From positions 1-64,000 of the forward strand of contig NW_003314321.1 in NCBI RefSeq assembly GCF_000143415.4: a DNA stretch of 64,000 bases, read 5' to 3'. Positions 60,747-64,000 of this stretch are shown here, in pieces; positions within the stretch are counted from its first letter, which is position 1, and every line of letters starts with the position of its first letter. The DNA is from Selaginella moellendorffii (Eukaryota > Plantae > Lycopodiophyta). The notes below the pieces were generated by a model, which saw only the letters and a list, made by a program, of their open reading frames with translations, ran no database searches and was not told the origin of the DNA. The position numbers were made by a program, and so were the translations under genes.

Positions 60747-63700
60747 AAACTCAGGAGTTTACATTTGGTATCAGAGGGGTCTCAGGTCCAACTCTGTTGG
60801 TAGGCTAGGGGAATCGCACCACATGTTGATTGACATCTGGCTGGTCCAATTTGCTCTTGCTATGCTCGACCCGAGGGGTAGGGTGTCAAGAGAGCAGGGC
60901 TCTCGGGAGAGCTGTGGCTCTTAGCTTCCGTTCACGAGGGCGTGAACTTGCAGGGAAGAGTGGTGGATTGATATCTAGCTGGTCCAATTTGCTCCTGCTG
61001 GGCTTGACCCGAGGGGTAGGGTGTCAAGAGAGCGAGGCTCTCGGGAGAGCTGTGGCTCTTAGCTTCTGTTCACGAGGGCGTGCGTGAACTTGCAGGGAAG
61101 CATGGTGGATTGTAAGCAACCAAAGGGAATGACTTGAAAAACGATCCATAGGGGTTCAAATATAGAGGGAAAGGGCCCATGAACAAGAGTGCACCCCCTT
61201 TTCCAATCGGTTAAGGGTCTTGGGATATTTGGGGTTAAACGTCTTTGGGTTTGAATAGTACTGGGCTTGGTGACCTCCCGGGAAGTCCAAACTCAGGAGT
61301 TTACAATAAGGTGGTGGAGGATTGATTTTACAATATGGAGGACTACTTCCGAGCGTTGCAGTTACCGAGCTCAGAGAAGGTCCCATGTGCAAAACCATAC
61401 ATGGCAAATAATGCTAAGTCTTGGTGGAGAACGACGGAGGCCAACGAAGGACCGGTGGCCACTTGGGAAATGATGAAGGCGAGGATCCGCGTGACATACG
61501 TTCCTCCGAATGCTACTCTGCACCTAAGGGATGAGCTGAGTAGGCTGAAGCAGATCAGAACCATTCAAAAGTATGTGAATGGATTTATGGCAAAGAGGAT
61601 ACTGGTCACAGATATGGGTGATATAGATGCGTTCCATGCCTTCATATCAGGCTTGGAAACCTGGGCTCGCAGTGAGGTGATGTATTGGAACCCGACCAAT
61701 TACAAATAAGCTTTGGATGTGGCTATCAAGGTGCATTTCAACAATAACCTGCGAAAGGGGAACACAACGGGGTCGGGGTCCATGTTTAACAACACCGCCT
61801 TGGCTTTTTTATCCGTCCAACACCGCCTTGGCTTTTGCTAAGTTCCCTTGCCAAGGTTCTCGCCTATGGTACCAGCTCCTACTTGGTCTCAGCTACTCAC
61901 TGCACGAGCAACAGAGTGTTAGCCATCCATCCACGGATTCCCAAATCACTCCCAATCCCCCTCCCCGGGTTAGACTGGACTTAAGGTTCGGCTACACTCC
62001 CCGCAAGCACAGGCAGCCAAGCACACCAAGCTTCCAGGTTCCTAACATCCTTTGGTACCACAAGACTTGATCATGGGACCCTCTAAATCCCAAGTCTTGA
62101 GTGCAACACTTGCTTCGGGAGCTGAGTAGGCTGAAGCAGATCAGAACCATTCAAAAGTATGTGAATGGATTTATGGCAAAGAGGATACTGGTCACAGATA
62201 TGGGTGATATAGATGCGTTCCATGCCTTCATATCAGGCTTGGAAACCTGGGCTCGCAGCGAGGTGATGTATTGGAACCCGACCAATTACAAATAAGCTTT
62301 GGATGTAGCTATCAAGGTGCATTTCAACAATAACCTGCGAAAGGGGAACACAACGGGGTCGGGGTCCATGTTTAACAAAGGGGCCAAACCAAGGGGAATA
62401 TATAGCAAAGGGAAATTCAAAAAGAGTTTCTCTAAAAATGAGTCCTCGGGGTTCCATAAAGGCAAATCTGGTGGCTAGCGAGCGGCTATCAAGGTGCATT
62501 TCAACGATAACCTGCGAAAGGGGAACACGACAGGGTCGGGGTCCATGTTTAGCAAAGGGGCCAAACCAAGGGGAATATATAGCAAAGGGAAATTCAAAAA
62601 GAGTTTCTATAAAAATGAGTCCTCGGGGTTCTGGAAAGGCAAATCTAGTGGCTAGCGAGCGAGTACGTAGGGGAGTCAAGCAAAAAGAGACAAACCCACG
62701 GATAAAAAGGGCAAATCGGTTAGTAACGTGGGAAACAACGTGTGCTACAACTGCGGTGAAGCGGGACACTTTTCGAGGGAATGTCCCTACCCAAAGAAGG
62801 CCAGAGCCAATATGGTTATTAAGTCGGGTGAAATCCAAGCTGAGGTACGTGATCCAATCCCTAACTCAAAGTTACTCATTACACGAGCAACTTTGGTAGA
62901 GAGTCGTTCACGACATCTACTAGCCCTCTGAGGGAAGCTCGAAAGTAGCTTTGTTAAGATCTTTATTGACACTGGTGCTTCGGATAATTTTGTGGCTGCA
63001 GACATAGTCCGGCAAGCTAGACTAACGGTGTAGCGGCTGGGCGAACCAAGGACTATAGAGTTTGTTCAAGGCAGCCAAAGCACCGATGAGGTACTTCGAC
63101 AAGTGAGAGTCGAAGTAAGAACATGGAAAGTAGACATAGATTTCACCGTGTTGGACATGGCAGGATTTGACGTGATCTTCGGGATGGATTGGTTCAATCG
63201 GTTCGTGGTAGCTCTGCATGGACAAAATAGGAACCTTGTGGTACTAGTGAATGCCTAAGGAAGAAGATCCAGGGTGGAGGCCCAAGATCTAAAGGTAGGG
63301 CAATGCAAGGCTAAAGATTCCTGTTTAAACCTGGTGTCCAACTCACTAAAGGAACCAAGGCAGCATTTTTGTACTTACTCTCAGTTAAGAGTGACAAAAA
63401 GGTGGGAAAAGAAAAAGTACCTTTAGTAATCCAGCGGGTGTTAGAACAACTCTAGGATACCATGCTAGAGGAGCTACTAGCGGGGTTGCCCCCCGCACGA
63501 TCGATAGAACATAAGATTGAGCTAGTCGAGGGTGTTGAGGTGATGGTTCGTCCCCCCTATTGTTTGAACGAAAAAAAACTCGAGGAGCTCAAGTGCCAAC
63601 TAGAGGAGTTGGTGGACAAAGGGTATGTTAGATTGAACAAGTCGCTGTATGGGGCACCGATGTTATTTGTGAAAAAGAAAGATGGATCTATGCACATGTG

Positions 63701-64000
63701 CATAGACTACCAGTTGCTTAACAAGTATACAAAGAAGAACAAGTACCCTTTGCCAAGGATCGAGGACCTATTTGATAGGTTGGGAAAGGCAAAATACTTC
63801 TCAAGGATTGATCTAAGGTCAAGATACTACTAAATCAAGGTAATAGAGGAAGGTGTCGAGAAGACAATCTATCGAACAAGGTATGGGAGCTTTGAGTTTC
63901 TAGTGATGCCCTTCGAGCTATGCAATGCGCCGATAATATTTTCAGCGTTGACGAACCAGATCTTTGTACCCTATCTGGATCACTTTGTGGTCATCTATAT

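Larger units (their letters stand above)
58775..61305 (+). mobile_element. Cassandra-like TRIM copy 2, inserted in a gypsy gag; its 5' LTR is split by a solo LTR
   Basis: TSD ATAAG (58770-58774, 61306-61310); 5' LTR 58775-58845 + 60640-60763; PBS TGGTATCAGAG 60766-60776; internal region with ~140 bp tandem duplication; 3' LTR 61111-61305 TGTAA..TTACA. Confidence 0.92.
58710..64000 (+). mobile_element. Degenerate Ty3/gypsy gag-pol (58710-58774 + 61311-64000), running off the window
   Basis: gag KPKPPPVFKG..MEDYF; Zn knuckle CYNCGEAGHFSREC (~62743); protease IDTGASDNFV; [34 protein letters not shown]; in-frame stops. Confidence 0.93.

Overview
Eukaryotic plant nuclear DNA. The very short (~50-90 nt) GT-AG introns, extreme gene density and PLS-class PPR gene fit a lycophyte such as Selaginella (inference). 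The gene-dense core (6.8-56.2 kb) holds about 19 apparently intact genes: DUF616 glycosyltransferase, HAOX/GLO, AAPT, NAC, dual-specificity phosphatase, two PPRs, a small Cys-rich protein, VPS32, a myristoylated EF-hand protein, TKPR1, eIF1, DENND6, AP5B1, ATR3/NDOR1, RbcX, UTP4/PCN, a PX-Rubicon protein, CRK and PGSIP8. Retrotransposon nests flank the core at both ends. Main findings: (1) two TSD-bounded non-autonomous mini LTR retrotransposons (Cassandra-like TRIMs) carry a 5S rRNA internal-promoter segment in each LTR; one has seeded a 5S-like tandem array and the other is the middle layer of a three-level nest. (2) A stand-alone, intronless, A-tailed RNase H of the fungal/metazoan/bacterial (His-loop) type occurs twice, head-to-head with the same short leader ORF fused to different cargo. 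(3) An inversion with both breakpoints duplicated has created a phosphatase::NAC chimeric ORF. Exon boundaries were read by eye, and no database searches were run.
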